A DNA stretch of 64,000 bases from Escherichia phage ES12. The stretch lies in sequence record MN508614.1; one strand, 5' to 3'. Under the pieces are notes generated by a model. The model was not told the origin of the DNA. It did not search any database and was given only the letters and a program-made list of their open reading frames with translations. Shown here one piece after another: positions 62,986 to 64,000 of this stretch (position 1 is its first letter; each line of letters opens with the position of its first letter). The position numbers and the translations under genes are program-made.

Positions 62986-63342
62986 TTAAAAGAATTTAAA
63001 CTTTTTCTTTGACCTTTTATTAAATGCATCTTGTAGTTGCATTGTAATACATTTTTCTACATGAGGAGCTAACTCAGCTTTTCTTTCTTGGTCAAGAACA
63101 GCAAAGTCCATTACGACTTTTCCATCAACCCAATCTAATTTTGTCACATACACAATGTGTGTAGAACCATCTTCTAGTTTAATGACAATCTCCTGGATAA
63201 CATTTTCCATAGCGGATTTAATTATCTTAAGAGACTTATTAAAAAGACGTTCTTTTCTTTCTTCTTCCCCCTCCGAAGAGGGGGATTCATCGATAATTTC
63301 TAAATCTAAATCATCTTTACTCATTAAATTCTTCCATATCAC
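62986..63342 (-). CDS. 40: gp40-position protein (head assembly accessory), 112-118 aa
   Basis: ORF between uvsX and 41 as in T4; ORF track start is GTG, first ATG at 63324. Confidence 0.5.
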   Translation of the reverse strand: MIWKNLMSKDDLDLEIIDESPSSEGEEERKERLFNKSLKIIKSAMENVIQEIVIKLEDGSTHIVYVTKLDWVDGKVVMDFAVLDQERKAELAPHVEKCITMQLQDAFNKRSKKKFKFF

Positions 63343-64000
63343 TTAACTGCTCGAGGTCAGTTTCTAAATCAGCTGCTGATTTACTTTTACTTTCTGGAGA
63401 TTTAAATTTTTCAACCTTTGAGTTAATCAATTCATCAACTTCAGCTTCAACAATTTCATTACTATCAATAGCACCTAACTGATAAGCACGTTTAATAGCA
63501 TCTCGGAATGGTTGATGCTTAAATAAAGGACCCCAGAATGTAGTGCAGTTGGTATCTTTTGCACGCCAAGATTTTTCTTCGCGAATCATCTCGCCGGTTT
63601 CTTCATCAAGAAATTCACGAGCATACCAACCATTTTTAGGTTTTACTACAAATCCTAATTCTAGAGCCATATCTAACAATCCAGAATAAGGATCAATACC
63701 ACCGTCAAATTTAACATCAATAAAGAATTTACTTTTTTCTTTAACGGTACGAGATTTTTCTACATTTAGAACAAATTGATACCCCTGAAGATCAGAACCA
63801 TCTTTAATCTGACGCTTACCGATAATGAATACAGTATCAGCCGAATACATTACGCCTGTACCACCTGTCATCACGGTTTTACTAAACATTTCAATTGTTT
63901 CAATTGTATGGTTAACCGCAACACATGGAATATTTTTAATGCTAAAGTAAGGAGTAACAATACGGAATAATGACTTCAGTGATTTAGCACGAGTCATATC
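63317..64000 (-). CDS. uvsX: UvsX recombinase (RecA-like), C-terminal ~227 codons; 5' end beyond window
   Basis: ...GTGVMYSADTVFIIGKRQIKDGSDLQGYQFVLNVEKSRTVKEKSKFFIDVKFDGGIDPYSGLLDMALELGF... with acidic C-terminus. Confidence 0.9.
   Translation of the reverse strand, partial: DMTRAKSLKSLFRIVTPYFSIKNIPCVAVNHTIETIEMFSKTVMTGGTGVMYSADTVFIIGKRQIKDGSDLQGYQFVLNVEKSRTVKEKSKFFIDVKFDGGIDPYSGLLDMALELGFVVKPKNGWYAREFLDEETGEMIREEKSWRAKDTNCTTFWGPLFKHQPFRDAIKRAYQLGAIDSNEIVEAEVDELINSKVEKFKSPESKSKSAADLETDLEQLSDMEEFNE

Overview
This window is a 64-kb slice of a T-even (T4-like, Tequatrovirus-type) myovirus genome, colinear with the T4 map from gene 30 (DNA ligase, 5' part) to the 3' part of uvsX. Recognised genes in order: 30, rIII, 31, cd, pseT, alc, rnlA, denA, nrdB, nrdA, td, frd, 32, a segG-like GIY-YIG gene, 59, 33, dsbA, rnh, the plus-strand late block 34-35-36-37-38-t, then asiA, arn, motA, 52, ac, stp, ndd, denB, rIIB, rIIA, 39, dexA, dda, srd, modA, modB, soc, 56, 61, sp, dmd, 41, 40, uvsX. 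Almost everything is on the minus strand except the tail-fibre/holin block. All identifications rest on reading the translations and recalling T4 proteins and gene order; no database search was run. The phage is not T4 itself: td and nrdB are intron-free, gene 39 is one unsplit ORF, gp37/gp38 are T2-type, an extra ORF sits between frd and td, and the 56-61 interval (where I recall T4 dam) holds only a small plus-strand membrane ORF. Many ORF-track starts are TTG/GTG artefacts and were trimmed to the ATG with a Shine-Dalgarno sequence; several genes under 60 aa (stp, ac and others) were found by hand. Early promoters (GTTTAC-N17/18-TAnnAT), MotA-box middle promoters, TATAAATA late promoters and hairpin terminators are marked where readable. 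No rRNA, tRNA, CRISPR array or transposon was seen. I found no clear novel multi-gene system; the most interesting items are local departures from the T4 template and uncharacterised accessory ORFs.
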